DNA of 64,000 nucleotides, taken from Octopus vulgaris (lineage: Eukaryota). The notes under the pieces are model-generated. The model was given only the letters and a program-made list of their open reading frames with translations. It was not told the origin of the DNA and made no database searches. Location: positions 86,800,001 to 86,864,000 of the forward strand of contig OX597817.1 of NCBI GenBank assembly GCA_951406725.2, in the 5' to 3' direction. Positions 13,861 to 26,868 of the stretch are shown here, in pieces (within the stretch, counting starts at the first letter, position 1; every line of letters starts with the position of its first letter). Both the position numbers and the translations under genes were made by a program.

Positions 13861-14139
13861 TACATCAGGAGATTAGTTTTCGCCAGACTAACCAATATAA
13901 AATTTCATGTCTTTATTTATGCTACTCGATTGCCCTGTTTTTGACACAGTTTTGACTGTGTGTCTGTCAACACTCCAGTGTCAAATTATGACACCTGAAA
14001 AACTTAAAATTTATAAACAGCAACACAAAAAATAAGTGTAGTGAATAAATAGTTCATATCACACAAGAAAAACTTACATATAAGAAAAGCTTATGTAGAT
14101 GGATATCTATATTAACCTCATACACACACACAAAGTAGA

Positions 14140-14480
14140 TGCAAGCATAAATGTGTGGTCAAGTTCATTTCACAACCTCATGGTTTCAGGTGCAGGCATA
14201 TTAGACAAGTATCTTCCTCTGTAGTCTTGAGCTGACCAAAGCCTTGTGCATGAATTTGGTAGGCAAAAATTATGAGGAAGCCTAGCATGTATGCAACTGT
14301 GTTTGTCTATGACCACCACTTAGCTACTGATGTTGGTTTGTTTACTTACCACTAAGTTACTCCTGTAACTTAGTAGTTGGCAAAAGAGAATTAAAATAAA
14401 AACTGAGTGAACCCTTCAAAGGTTGGAGCCCCAACATGGCCGTAATCTAATGAGTGAAACCAGTAAAAGAATAAAGGTGT
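14140..14480 (+). mobile_element. SINE family A, degenerate
   Basis: Head, gaccaaagccttgtg..gaatttggtagg and tail (ccccaacatggcc...gaaaccagtaaaagaataaa). Confidence 0.7.
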
Positions 14481-14665
14481 ATGGTGCGTGTGTGTGTAGC
14501 CATATGCTGGCTTGATGGTGTGGTTTCTGGTTCAGTTCCATTGTGCAGTACCTTATTCTTGTCTTCTATTGTAGTCCCAGAACAACCAGAGCCTTGTGAA
14601 TAGAATTGGTTGGTGAAAACTAAAAGGCAGTCATTGATATATATATATATATATATATATATCTA

Positions 14666-14978
14666 ATATAGGATAAAATTTTCGAAAAAATTTTATCAAT
14701 GGCCAGCATATTAAAAAATACCTTTAAAGATTAAATTTATAAACAACTGATAAACAAGGTATTTTTTAATATGCTGGCCATTGATAAAATTTTTTCAAAA
14801 ATTTTATCCTATATATATATATATATATTTATATATACTTGAAAAAATGAATAGAAATGGCTTTTATGATTAATTTTTCCACTTTAATTATTAGATGTTG
14901 TTAACTTAGAAATGCCTAATTATTAAAGTGGAAAAATTACCAAAAGAAGCCATTTCTATTCATTTTTTCAAATATATA
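14666..14978. repeat. Two adjacent near-perfect inverted repeats (~59-bp and ~63-bp arms) inside (TA)n
   Basis: 14666-14724 vs 14756-14814; 14832-14894 vs 14916-14978. Confidence 0.85.
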
Positions 14979-15013
14979 ATACTGATAATATTGTACCAAG
15001 GACTTTCTTTTTT

Positions 15014-15250
15014 ATCATCATCATCATCATCATCATTTAGCGTCCGTTTTCCATGCTAGCATGGGTTGGACGGTTCTGCTGGGGTCTGTGAAGCCAGAAG
15101 GCTTCATCAGGCCCAGTCAAATCTGGCAGTGTTTCTACGGCTGGATGCCCTTCCTAACGCCAACCACTCCGTGAGTGTAGTGGGTGCTTTTTACGTGCCA
15201 CCCGCACTGGTGCCAGCCAGAGCTGGCAAACGGCCACGAACGGATGGTGT
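15014..15250 (-). mobile_element. Repeat family D, young CpG-retaining copy
   Basis: (TCA)n tail then cgtccgttttccatgctagcatgggttggacgg...ggatgcccttcctaacgccaaccac. Confidence 0.75.
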
Positions 15251-16051
15251 TTTTTATATATCTTGTGCTTGTCATTAGACTGCAGCCATTGAAGCATTGA
15301 ATAAATCAATCTCAAGTCTTTATTTTTTAAGTCTGACACCTACTCTGTTAGTCACATTTGCCAAACTGCTAAATTAAGAGAGTGGTGTAAATCAACCAAC
15401 ACCAACTGTCAAACAGTGGGGACACAGTGAGTATGTGTGTCCACTCACACTGATAATTATATATATATATGTGTGTGTGTGTGTCCCACCTACTGAATTT
15501 TTTCACAAGGCCATTGGCCAACTAAGGGTTATTGTAGGTAACAGTGGGATTGAACCCAAAACTATGTAGCTGCAGCGTGAGCTTTTCAACCACACACCCA
15601 TGTATATAAATGTGTGTCCTTGCTTTGATATTACTTGAGGGTTGTAAATGAGCATCACCGTCATACAGGCAAGGTCATTCATAACCAATCCTTCTTGCAA
15701 AACATAGTCTTGCTAAGGAGAAATATTACCTTGCTTGAAAACAAGGATATCTTGCCATTTGAAAATCTGCCTCAGTGAGTACTATCTGACCCATGCAGAT
15801 CTCAAAAAGTGGACATTAAAACAATGATGATGACTGAAAAATTGTTTGAATAGTTGATATTTGATTGAAAACTGTTAAATAATTTGAGTTTATCTGAGCC
15901 TATAACATGGATTTCCATAAGTGAAAATGTCATTTCTGTGTTTGTCATCTTTACTCAACCCCATTGAAAATTTTGTATTATTTATTTTATAATGATGATG
16001 ATGAAATGTACTTAATGAATAGTTAATATTGAATTTTGCATTTATTTTCAG

Positions 16052-16290
16052 CCCTTGGATTATGAAGATAGCAGCCTTCGAAACTTTGATTTGACTGTTA
16101 GGGTACAAGATCTGGATCCCACCCATGTTGATACCTGCACTATTAGTATCACTGTAACAGATTACAATGACAACAGCCCAATTTTTACACCTCAAAGGCA
16201 TGAACTAACTATTCCAGAAAACGAAAAAATGGTCCCAATATACACTTTTGCTGTTTCAGATGCTGACTCTGGAAATAATCAAATTGTAAA
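16052..16290 (+). CDS. CadN: Cadherin exon i (PLDYEDSSLRNF...TDYNDNSPIF...SDADSGNNQIV)
   Basis: ttttcag| and |gtaggt, 239 nt, phase 0-2. Confidence 0.92.
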
Positions 16291-17676
16291 GTAGGTTCTT
16301 TTATTTTTTACATTTTTAAACAATTTTATTGTATAGATAATAACACTTGGTCTGGTTTTTGTTTCCAAAAAAAATTATAGTCTCACTGATAACAATTAAG
16401 ATATCGAATGAAAGTTATTAATTTCTATATGTATAAAAACAGGTTTAATTTTACTTTCAAGAAAAGTTTAAATTAAAATCCAAATTCAGTAAATCAACAA
16501 CTGGATTATAACAACTTTTTACTGTACTTTGTAGTCCCTTCAGATTTGCCATATAGTTTTTCATTCTAGTGATACTGTTGGCCATATAAGATAACATTGA
16601 AATTATGTGGATGAACCATCACATATAAGACTATATCTAAGTCTTATGTATGAATTTATTCATGGCTGTGTGGTTATTTCCCTAACTTTCAGATTCATTA
16701 TCACTGAGCAGCTTCTTGGACAAACATGTACTATAGCCTTGAGTCAATGAAAACCTTGACAGCAGATATGGTTGGCAGAAACTGAAAGAAGCCTATTGTG
16801 TGTGTGTGTTCAGGTCTACTTGTCCTGACACCATATAATAGTTCTGAACAAACATCACCACCATACAAGCAGTGTCATTCATTTCCAATCTTCCATGAAA
16901 ACATGTGCAATCATTGTGCTGTTTGTATTGGAAGGACATGGGGAAATGTTATCTTACTTAGAAATAGGAAGGGCATCAAACCATAGGAAATTTGTCTTAA
17001 CTAATAGATGTAGCTATATGTATACATGCATGTGCATCTGTGTGTTGCAATACAGAACTACAGAAACTTTATTTCTGATGAGATCATCATTTTAATGTCC
17101 ACTTTTCCATGTTAGCATAGGTTGGACAGTGTTTGTTGAGGCAGATTTTCTACAACCCCATACTCTTCCTGTTGCCAACCTTCACTTGTTGCAAAATAAG
17201 CCAATATTTCCCCATGGCTCCTGACTTTTTTTTTTGCTAAGTACTATAAATAAATAAACATTGCTTATATGATAATGACATTGTTTACAATTATGTCAAG
17301 ACAAGGAGACACATGCACATGTTTACAACTCTTGTATCAAGACAAGGAGACATATGCACATGTGTGTGTGTGTAAACAGTTTCCATTTTTCACAAGGCTT
17401 TGGTTAGCCCAGTGTGCCACATGCAGAGACTGAACCCAAAACTATGTGGTTGGGAAGCAAACTTAACTACACAACCATGCCTGCAATTCAAGAAAAATCT
17501 TCTCTTAAAAAGGCCCCTTTATAGGCTGTTTGGCACCAATGGAAAGGCTAGATGTAAGTGAGAGCAGCTTAATTTCTGAGTTTAGAAATCTAAAAATTGT
17601 GTCATAGGTGGATTCAGAGAAATCACATTGGTTGGGTGGGATAGCATTACAAAATGCATTCAAGAATGTGAACATA

Positions 17677-18908
17677 CGAGGGGCGTTCAATAAGTAATGC
17701 CCCTGACCCACTTCCCATAGCAGTAGAGCAACGAAACTTGGCACAGTTATTAGTCTTTTTCTACATAGGAACCACTCAGAGTTACACATTTCTCCCATCG
17801 TTTGATGCAACTCTGGAGACCGTTTTTGTAGAAGAACCCAGCTTGGTCCTCCGACCACAACGTGACTTCAGAAATCAAGGCTGCATCATCTGGGAAACGC
17901 TTTCCTTTCAAAAACAACTTCATGGCTGGGAAGAGGTGAAAATCAGAGGGTGCAAGGTCAGGAGAGTAGGGGGATGGGGGAGGAGTTCATAGCCGCACGC
18001 CTGTGCTTCTGATCTGGTGACACGCGAGTTGTAGACCGGAGCGTTGTCCTGCAGGAGGAGGATGCCTTTGCTGATCTTGCCCCGCCTCTTGATTTTGATA
18101 CCCTTTGCCAGGAAATCTGCCATCACTACTCCGTCCTGGTCCCAGAAGACTGTGAGCATGACCTTGCCAGCGGAGGGCTGCACCCTTGCCTTCTTTGGAG
18201 GAGGTGAGTCACGGTGCTTCCACTGCATTGACTGGGCTTTGGTCTCTGGATCATAGTGATGGACCCAGGTTTCATCCTGTGTAATCAGTCTTTTGAAAAA
18301 TTTTGACTCGTCTTCTTGGCACATCTCCAAATTCATCCTCGAGCACTCGACGCGTTCTTGCTTCTGGAAAGGTGTGAGCAACCTGGGAATCCATCTGGCA
18401 GACACCTTTTGCATATGCAAATGGTCATGAATGATAGTTTCCACAGACCCGGTACTAAACTTGACCTCATGGGCTATTTGGCGAATAGTTATGCGTCGAT
18501 CTTCCAAAATAGTAGCCTCAACTTGTCGGACAGATGCCTCATCAATTGCAGAAGTGGGGCGATCAGATCTGGGAGCTGTTTCCACAGAGTTCCAACCATG
18601 TTTGAATTCACGATGCCATCGTTTTACAAGGTCATATGATGGGGCATCATCACCATAAGTTACTTTCATCTCATCAAAAGTCTCCCGTGGTGTGCGTCCT
18701 TTCAAATACAAAAACCGGATCACTGCTCGACACTCAACAGGCTCCATTTCACACTTGACTCAGTTCAAACATCTGTATATCAGAAACCACAATTAGTTCA
18801 GAGCTGTAATTTGCCACCTAATCTATAGAGATATAAATAATTGCACATGTAAATTTTCAGCTAGATCAAACAAGTGGGTCAGAGGCATTACTTATTGAAC
18901 GCCCCTCA
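17677..18908 (-). mobile_element. mariner transposon (DD34D, irritans-like), near full length, inactivated
   Basis: ~37-bp TIRs CGAGGGGCGTTCAATAAGTAATGCCCCTGACCCACTT and TA duplication on both sides. ORF 17920-18747 has WIPRLL, DETW and QDNAP; there is an in-frame deletion after FLAKG and a frameshift before YSPDLAPSDF. Confidence 0.95.
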
Positions 18909-19105
18909 TAAGTTTAAAATTTAAGAGAGATTGATTTGAGAAAGATTTGAAGGTGAAGATACATCAATAAAAAGAAACAAACCTAATAGAATGGGCTTAA
19001 TATGAACTGTTTCGTAATATATAATTCATTGTCTGTTCATTTGACTCTGGAAATGATCTAAAATTTTGTATTCTGAATATTAAAATGATAAAAAAAAATT
19101 AATAA

Positions 19106-19544
19106 CATATGTAACATGATTTTTGTACTTAGGTTTGCAGCTGTTATTTCCTGTTTGCTTATCCCTAGAAAGTATGAAAATGGCTAATATTTCCTTCAAA
19201 CTTTGCTTTTGTTACATTTATTCAATTCCCAAAGAATCCCTCTCAACACATGGCTGTAATACTCCCCAACTGCTCATGGTCAGAGATGCACACATTGTCA
19301 GCCACTTTTGTGGTAATAGCAGAATATTTACTACAGCAATATTTTTGCTTTAGTAGCTCAGTGCTGAATCTGTCTGAAATGTATTGAAAAATAGGCCAAT
19401 TTCAATTTCAAAACATTGATGTCCAGGTCACAAGAGCAAAGTTTGAAGAGAACAGTAGTCAAGTAGTCATTTTTTTTTCTAGATAGGAGCAAATAGGAAA
19501 TAACACTTAACAAACTAAAGATGAAAAAAAATCATTACACAGTG
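19106..19544 (+). mobile_element. Non-autonomous DNA transposon, CAC...GTG family (Chapaev3-like), copy 1
   Basis: Homologous to 38649-39132(-) and ~46850-47274; ends TTACACAGTG. Confidence 0.7.
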
Positions 19545-19711
19545 ATTATAATTAAATAAATAAATGAAGCTAGTCATAAGATGAAGAGGGTAGAGATGTT
19601 TAGAGAAAAAACTAGATATCAGTTGAATCGGATGTAGTGTGCAACAGAGGCAGCTATGCTGGTACAGGCATAGGTTGTATATGGAGGATGATATGCATAC
19701 AAACACACAAA

Positions 19712-19980
19712 CTCACACTCTTATCGCAACTTCTCGTGCCCTACCCACACCAAACTGTCCATCCCCTACTCCCAGTTCTTCCATCTCTGCTGGCTCTGCA
19801 GTGACAACCATGACTTCAAGACACAGTCTCAACTCACAGCTCGCAACATCACCTTATGTGGATATGCCCTCCTGCCTTTGCTCTCTCTCTCTCTCTCTCT
19901 CTATTTCCCCCCTCTAACCCTTTTCTGTCAAAGAGTATAGACTCGAAATATCAATTTTTATTCTTCCTGGGTGCCAAAGA
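19712..19980 (+). mobile_element. Penelope-like element remnant (RT thumb fragment + terminal region with degenerate hammerhead)
   Basis: Translates SYRNFSCPTHTKLSIPYSQFFHLCWLCSDNHDF...GY (PLE HP..TK.SIPYSQF.R..R.CS motif); ctgtcaaagagtatagactcgaaatatc at 19925. Confidence 0.7.
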
Positions 19981-20904
19981 CATACACATAGATATACACA
20001 AAAACATACATACATATATATACAAGCTTTCAATTTCTGTCTACCAAATCCACTAAGAAATCTTTGGTCAGCCTGAGACTATAGTAGAAGATACTTGTCC
20101 AAGGTGCTGCACAGTGGAACTAATTCCAGAACCATGTGGTTAGGAATCAAACTTCTTGCCACACATATATATAAATTTGGAAACTTGACTGATGAACAGA
20201 AAGCCACAAACAATCTGTCCTTGTTTTTTCCTGTCCGTATGTTTTTATTGTCGATTACGTTCTTATTCCATTTTGGGGATTTATGTATACATATAGCGTC
20301 ATATGTACACTTTTTGCTCACCTTGTAAGTATATATATATACACTCACACACATACACATATACACACACACACACATATACACTCACACATACACACAC
20401 ATACACACACACACACACACACACAGATATATAAACATTATTTTAACATAAGTTCTCCATGCTTGAATGGGTCACTGAATTTATTGAAGCAGATTTTCTA
20501 CACCTTGCTGCACTTCCCATGCCCCACCCCACAATGGCTAGGTATGCTTTTCATGACTCACTGAAAAATAAAAAACATTGCTTCTTTGACAGATGAAATG
20601 TGGAAGGCAGATATTGGATTATGATAGTGGTTGCAGCAGTGGAACATTATCATTTTTTTTTCTTCTTTATATTAGATGCAAAAAAGAATGCTTAGAATTT
20701 AATACTTATATCAGGACTAAGAGCAGTAGGTTTCACAAACAAAATAAGATCAAGACACATGGGAAGTTTTACTGCAGACCTCTTTGTCTTTGGTTCTTGA
20801 GTGATTTGAGAAAGAACAGACTTAGGTTACCTTTGATAACTCAACACAGAAGCCACACCCATGTACATAAAGATAATTGTTTTGTTTGTTTTTTACCTTG
20901 CTAG

Positions 20905-21047
20905 TTTCATGATTGAACGCAAGTCCAACCCCAAGAAGCAGTTTAGTGTGAAAAAGGTTAACACAAATGCTGTTATCAGTATCAGGAAAACATTGGACCG
21001 TGAAGATATTCCATCATATACACTGATCATTTTGGGAGTTGATGAAG
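20905..21047 (+). CDS. CadN: Cadherin exon j (FMIERKSNPKKQF...LDREDIPSYTLIILGVDE)
   Basis: ttgctag| and G|gtaata, 143 nt, phase 2-1; LDRE. Confidence 0.9.
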
Positions 21048-22870
21048 GTAATATATATATTTCATCTTTGATTTGAGAATATTCTTTTTAATTCCATTAA
21101 AGAGATGGAATAACTACTAAAGATATGAACCAAATCTTTTGAATAATGATTATATTTATTCTAATATGTGATGCACTGAGGTGGCATGACTATGCACTTC
21201 TTCTTCAGGTGTTGTCATTGTTCATATTTATATTTCTTTATTGGTACATTGTTCACTATTTTCAAATTCCAGTTACCTGAAGAATACAAAATTTGTTTTT
21301 GTTTTATTTATTCCAATATCTACTAGGAAAGAGACCAATGAATTATTTCTCTCTGAGAAACTCCTTTTAAAATGGGTCAGTCAAGTACCATAAAGTAAGA
21401 TGTTGAGAAGTTGAATCTACAATCTGATTTTGAACAACTGCCTCTCCTGATACATTTGAGAAAAACAGGAATGTTCTATTGCCCTTTCATATAAGTTTGC
21501 ACTCTAATGTGTATGTGTAGGTGTGTATGTACACATCAGACATATGGCAACCAACAGACCAAAGATGGTGTAGTAATGGAATAACACTTAGGTTACCTTC
21601 AAGACAGGCTTGAAAAGTTTGGAAGAAAAGTAGAAGTAAAGAGCATTACCAAGTAGCTCAAAGAGAAACCAGCGTGAAGTATATCTGGCTGGAGACAAGT
21701 AGAAAAGAAGAGCTTTGCGAATGTTCTGTGACCTGAGGATGAGAAGTAAGATGAGTTCAGGATTGTAAGAGATTATGTCAGAGAGAATCTAGATGTAATT
21801 GAAATGAAGTGCATTTGAATCATAACCACACTTGCCCCTGAAGTGCTATTATGAGTTGCTGAACAAGGAGAGTGCATGGGATAAAGAGATGCTACCTTAT
21901 TCCGATCCAACAGCTATTCAAGTTGGCAACAGTATGGTAGATAGTAATTAAGAGCAAGAGAGGAAGCTGCAGATCCATCAAGAATAACTGCTGAGATGCT
22001 TAATCATCACTCACTCTCTCTATTTCTATTGCTGTCTACCAGCTACTTTTACCTGTATCTCATCACCTAGCTTGCATTTGTAATATCACTTCCTTGGCAA
22101 ATGTGCTTATGATTTAGCCCTACTTTTGTCCACCACTGCTATCAACAACCACTCCCCTCCTAACTCCACCTCAAATATCATACTCTTTCTCCTTTTATGC
22201 ACCCATTTCCAGCTTTCCTACTGTCATCACTCCTGTTCCCCACCTCACTCCATACATCTTAGGTTACTGACTACTCTCTGTGTACAAGGCATTCCCACAC
22301 TTGGATTGATGTCATGATGGAACTCCTCTCCTCGTGGAATTCTCTCTAGCATGATTGATGAGCAAGAAGACAACTTTCACTGGTGTCAGGATAAAATGCA
22401 TCCAGCACACTCTATAAAGCAGTTGGCAAAAATGCAAAGAAAGTACAGGGTCTTGAGTTCCTCCCTTTAATCCTGTCTTATTGAGGACTGTTCTGCTTAT
22501 CCACCATTGCTGCAACAAGAAAATGCACCCAGTATGCTTTGTAAAGTGATTGGCAATAGAAAGAGCATCCAGCCATAGAAATCAAGCCAAACAGCACAGA
22601 CAAGCATCTAGTCTATGAGAGTAGTGGCTCCCAATAAAAATGACTCCAACCACAACAACCAATCTAAATCCATTTCAACATAGAAAAACAGATATAAAAT
22701 GATGTATGAAATATCCCTTTCAGCAATAAAGAAACACTTCAATTTGTCAAAGTGCTACTGACAACTACATCAATTATGAATGAACTTCAAAGATCTATTT
22801 CACTGTACCCCTATCTCTTCCCCAATAATCTGTATACTTTTATAAAAAAATCTTTGTTAGCTCAGAATGG

Positions 22871-22920
<50 letters not shown>

Positions 22921-22974
22921 ACCAATGCAAGCATGGAAAACCGATGTTAAACAATGATTACATATATAATATAC

Positions 22975-23540
22975 TGATCCGTGGTAGAAAATTCAACAAA
23001 AAATGTACTCCATCTGGTGAGAGATAAATATTATTTATTCAAAGGTCACAATACATGTATGAAAGCACTGCTAATAGTTTCATATGTTGAGAAAACTCAA
23101 ACATATTCTTCAAGCACAAACCATATATCATAATGAACTAAAGAAATTGAATAATAGAAGAAACATGGAAAAACTGAGATGGCAGAAAACAGACAGTAAA
23201 CAATGAAAAACAAAAACAGAATCTAAAATGTCAAAAGTAAAAAGGTAAAAGAGCTATCCTCCTTAGACCTTAAATGATAAGACTGTAAAGATATCAAGCC
23301 AGTCAGGAATAGGTGGAACTTTCCTATTCTTCCAAATATATTTATACATATGCATGCAACCACTGAAAATTTCTGACCTGGAGTTCAATAGAGAGTTAGG
23401 GATCTTAGATCTGAACAGGATCTGCACTCTTTCAGCCAAACAAATTCTACATTTATTCGATCCATTCACATAAGGTATGGATTTCTCAATTACTTTCCAT
23501 TTAATCACATGTGGAGTTTCTATATCTTTCAAAGTCTACA
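22975..23540 (-). mobile_element. Penelope-like element 3' fragment (GIY-YIG C-terminus + terminal region)
   Basis: ORF 23263-23532 IKWKVIEKSIPY..G..KCRICLAE...LLNSRSEIFSGCMH; hammerhead-like motif at 23068-23117. Confidence 0.8.
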
Positions 23541-23710
23541 GCTAGCCAACTTAGTAACTTTACTTTTGTCCTTGTGTTCCATATCACATAGCTTCCTTTC
23601 GACATATGTATACATCCATTGTAATTGACTTACCAGATCTCATGAAGTTGTGGTGGATGACACCAGCACTGGACCACCAAACAGACACCATTAGCTTTTT
23701 TTTTTTTTGG

Positions 23711-24428
23711 TGAATATTCTATTTTGGATTGTGCTTTGGCACTTTGTCTCTATCCAACCACCATGCAGAATGCTTGCTATTGTTGAGAATAATCCATTTT
23801 TCATCACACGTAACAATACAATGAAAAAATGGTTTGCTTTTATGCCATGACAGCAAACAGCAAGTTTCAAAATGACCTCATTTGATTTTCATTCAGTTTG
23901 TGTGGTACCCACTTGTCTAGCTTCTTTACCCTGCCGATTTGTTTCTGATGGTCCACTACAATTGGAATTGAAACATCAAACGCTACTGCATAGTTTGAGA
24001 TGTATTGCTTCCACTACAGTTTCCAGCTCATCATTATCCACCTTGGTCTCAGGTCTACCATGGGGCTGATTTTCAAGAGTAAAGTCACCAGACTGGAACT
24101 TCTCAAACTATCGACATACAGTGAGCTCGTTTGCCACATCTTCACCAAACACCTCATTGATGTTTCGAGCTGTCTGGGATGTATTGGTTCCACAATGGAA
24201 CTTATCTTCATAAACAACATGAATTTTTTAATCTATCCATAGGTTCACAGAAATTGATATACAAGAGAAAACTCATAATATAATCAGACACCATGAATTG
24301 CATTTCAAAAAGTGATGTAAACTCTTCAATGTTGTAAAACAAAGAATTGTCAGGATAAAACTTTAGAGTTAACGACTGTCAAACTTGGTGCATAAGAAAA
24401 TCAGACATTTCATTCTTAATGACCTGAT
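23711..24428 (-). mobile_element. Degenerate mariner (cecropia/Hsmar1-like) 5' half
   Basis: MDRLKIHVVY...TARNINEVFGEDVANELTV..FEKFQSGDFTLENQPHGRP..VDNDEL and VKKLDKWVPHKLNENQ, with stops and frameshifts. Confidence 0.85.
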
Positions 24429-24876
24429 TATATATATATATGTATATAGTGATGTAACAATGAAGCATTCTTCACTTTGTAGTTACTGATATCTCCCTGC
24501 CTCAACTATAGATAAACAAAACCAACAATGGGTGAACTGTATGGACAGTTGACCTGCTAGAAATAGCAGCCAATTCACACTACCATTTTTTTTTAAAAAA
24601 AGGGACATATTAAATAAAATAGTTTGAGGTGAAGACATAGCTGTATGGTTAAGAATTTGCTTCAAGACAATGTGATTTCAGGTTTGATCTCACTGCATGA
24701 TGCCTTGGACAAGTAACTGCTACTGTAGTGCTAAGCTAGCCAATGTTTTATAAATGTAATTCTATAGATGGAAACTGTAGAGAATCTCATTGTGTGTGTG
24801 TGTATTCATTTCAAATTACATCTACAGTGAGTCAACTTGGAAATTTCAAGTGTTAATGTCACCTTTATTTAATTAA

Positions 24877-26643
24877 CCCTTTAATGTTTAGACTGGCTGA
24901 AAATTATTCCTTTTTATTTGTTTGAACTTGCCAAATCTAGCTGTATCTGATTTCTCTACAAAATTGCTAAATAAACAATAAACAAATCACATTGAATTCT
25001 CGCAGTTTTGAGATAATGTGAGATAAAGCCTTCCCTATCTTTATTCAAGTGAAAATACGGTGAAATTTTTGAGACTTCTTGGTTTTTTTCAACATTTGAA
25101 GAGAAATGTATATCTTAGTTTTTAACAATATGATGTTAGCAAGTAGAGATTCCAACTTCAAAGATTTTACTCTTGAGGAAGTACAAAATATAAACAAAAA
25201 CAACAGTGATTTGTCTTCGGACGAACCATATTGACATTTGTGAATCTTTCTTAGATGAGGAAGATTTTGATAATGAAAGTGATGAAAATATTGAAAACAT
25301 TACAGCAACATAGTTGAAGAATACTATATCAACTAGACTCCTTGATTTCACAGAAAAGACTAGTCCACAATACAGTCTACCTCCCAATGCTCAACCATTG
25401 GACTTTTTATTTTTACCGAAAAGTTATTTTGAAACTGTCATGGAGGAAACAAATGCTCAACACATAATTTCTATTCGTGGAAGACCCAATCCACTATGGC
25501 AGCCAACTGATACTGTGGAAATGTGAGCTTTTTTACTATAAACATTGTTTGGTATCAAGCAACTTCCTCAACTGTGGAACTACTGGAATCCTGATATATG
25601 GTATGGTGATCCATACATCTCCAGCATTATGTCTAGCTATAGTTAATTCGTATATTTACGTAAAAAGCCACAAGGTACTTCTGCCACCAAAGGACTACAA
25701 CTGTTTGAAATTTCAGGTTGACATCACATCTCAGTTACAATGAGGGGTTTTCTTCCAGAAAGTACAGATCTGGGAGAAAAGCAAAATTAACTGAGGTGGA
25801 TGTCAACAGATAAAATATTGACTTCCATTAAGTGGAAAAAATAAATGAAAGGAAAAAAGTTTGCCAACTGTGTTAGCTGAAAAAAGAAAACTGCAAAAGG
25901 ATATCAGATTGAGACTTCATATATGTGTTCCTTTTGCAAAGTGCCCTTGCGTAAAGGGTGCTTTGGACAGTTTCACAATAGAACAACTATATTCTTTTGC
26001 TTGATAGTAATACTATCATATATTCCTTTCATTTTATTACAAATTTTTAAAAGTGAGAAATACAACTTATTTTCAGTATGTTACACATCTGTATGTAACT
26101 TTGCCTCAATTGTTAATGAGCTATTTTTTATTAGATGTATTCTGTTATATAAATGTATTCATTAAATTGTATAAGTGTACATAGCCAATAGTATATTGAC
26201 TAGAAAAAGAGTTTTGTACTTTATTTTCAATGAAATACAGAGAAAGAATAAAATCTTGTACCGATTATACTTGTATGTTAATTCAAATTAATATACTTTA
26301 TCTTGAAAAGTGACAAAATTGTTGGCGATTGACATCTGGGATAATTTTAGTAAGATGCATTAAGAATTTCAATTTTAGTGTTTATCCATAATATTATTGC
26401 TTTTACACCTGTTAATTAAATTTACCTGTCCATAAAAGTCAAATTTCATCAAGATCAGCTAAAATTACATAACTGTAATCCACTGGTATATAAACATCTA
26501 CTGACAAAAATTTCAAATCTGTATGTAAAACATTAACAAAGTTACAAGCAAATATTGTGGACAACCCTCTTGAACCTGAATAATTCAAAATAACATGAAC
26601 AAATGAGCATTATATTTAACAGACTTACCTGTACACTAAAGGG
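24877..26643 (+). mobile_element. Internally deleted piggyBac element
   Basis: TTAA|CCCTTTA...TAAAGGG|TTAA. Remnants of the acidic N-terminus, PLDF..FETVMEETN, WQPTDTVEM, NYW and the Cys-rich C-terminus (CQLC...ETSYMCSFCKVPL..CFGQFH). Confidence 0.8.
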
Positions 26644-26868
26644 TTAAGGTGCTCTCAGCCTGATAATTAGTCAAATTGAGGACCCCTCATTAAGTAACTA
26701 TTACATTAGAGGATCAACTAACTAAGAAACATGTGTATTCTGCATTTTACCCATTCCACTCCGGAATTTGGATATTAATAACACTTCAAAGAATGCCAAT
26801 GTATATAAAGATTGGAACAGATTGCATTCTAAAACTTGTAATATATCTGAATTTCTTATGTTTTGCAG

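Noticed and set aside
21195-21290. Two opposed CTGAAGA motifs suggesting hammerheads
   Set aside because: Neither is followed by a paired stem II and GAAA.
21550-21985. Possible decayed LINE 3' region on the minus strand
   Set aside because: Too degenerate to recover convincing motifs by eye.
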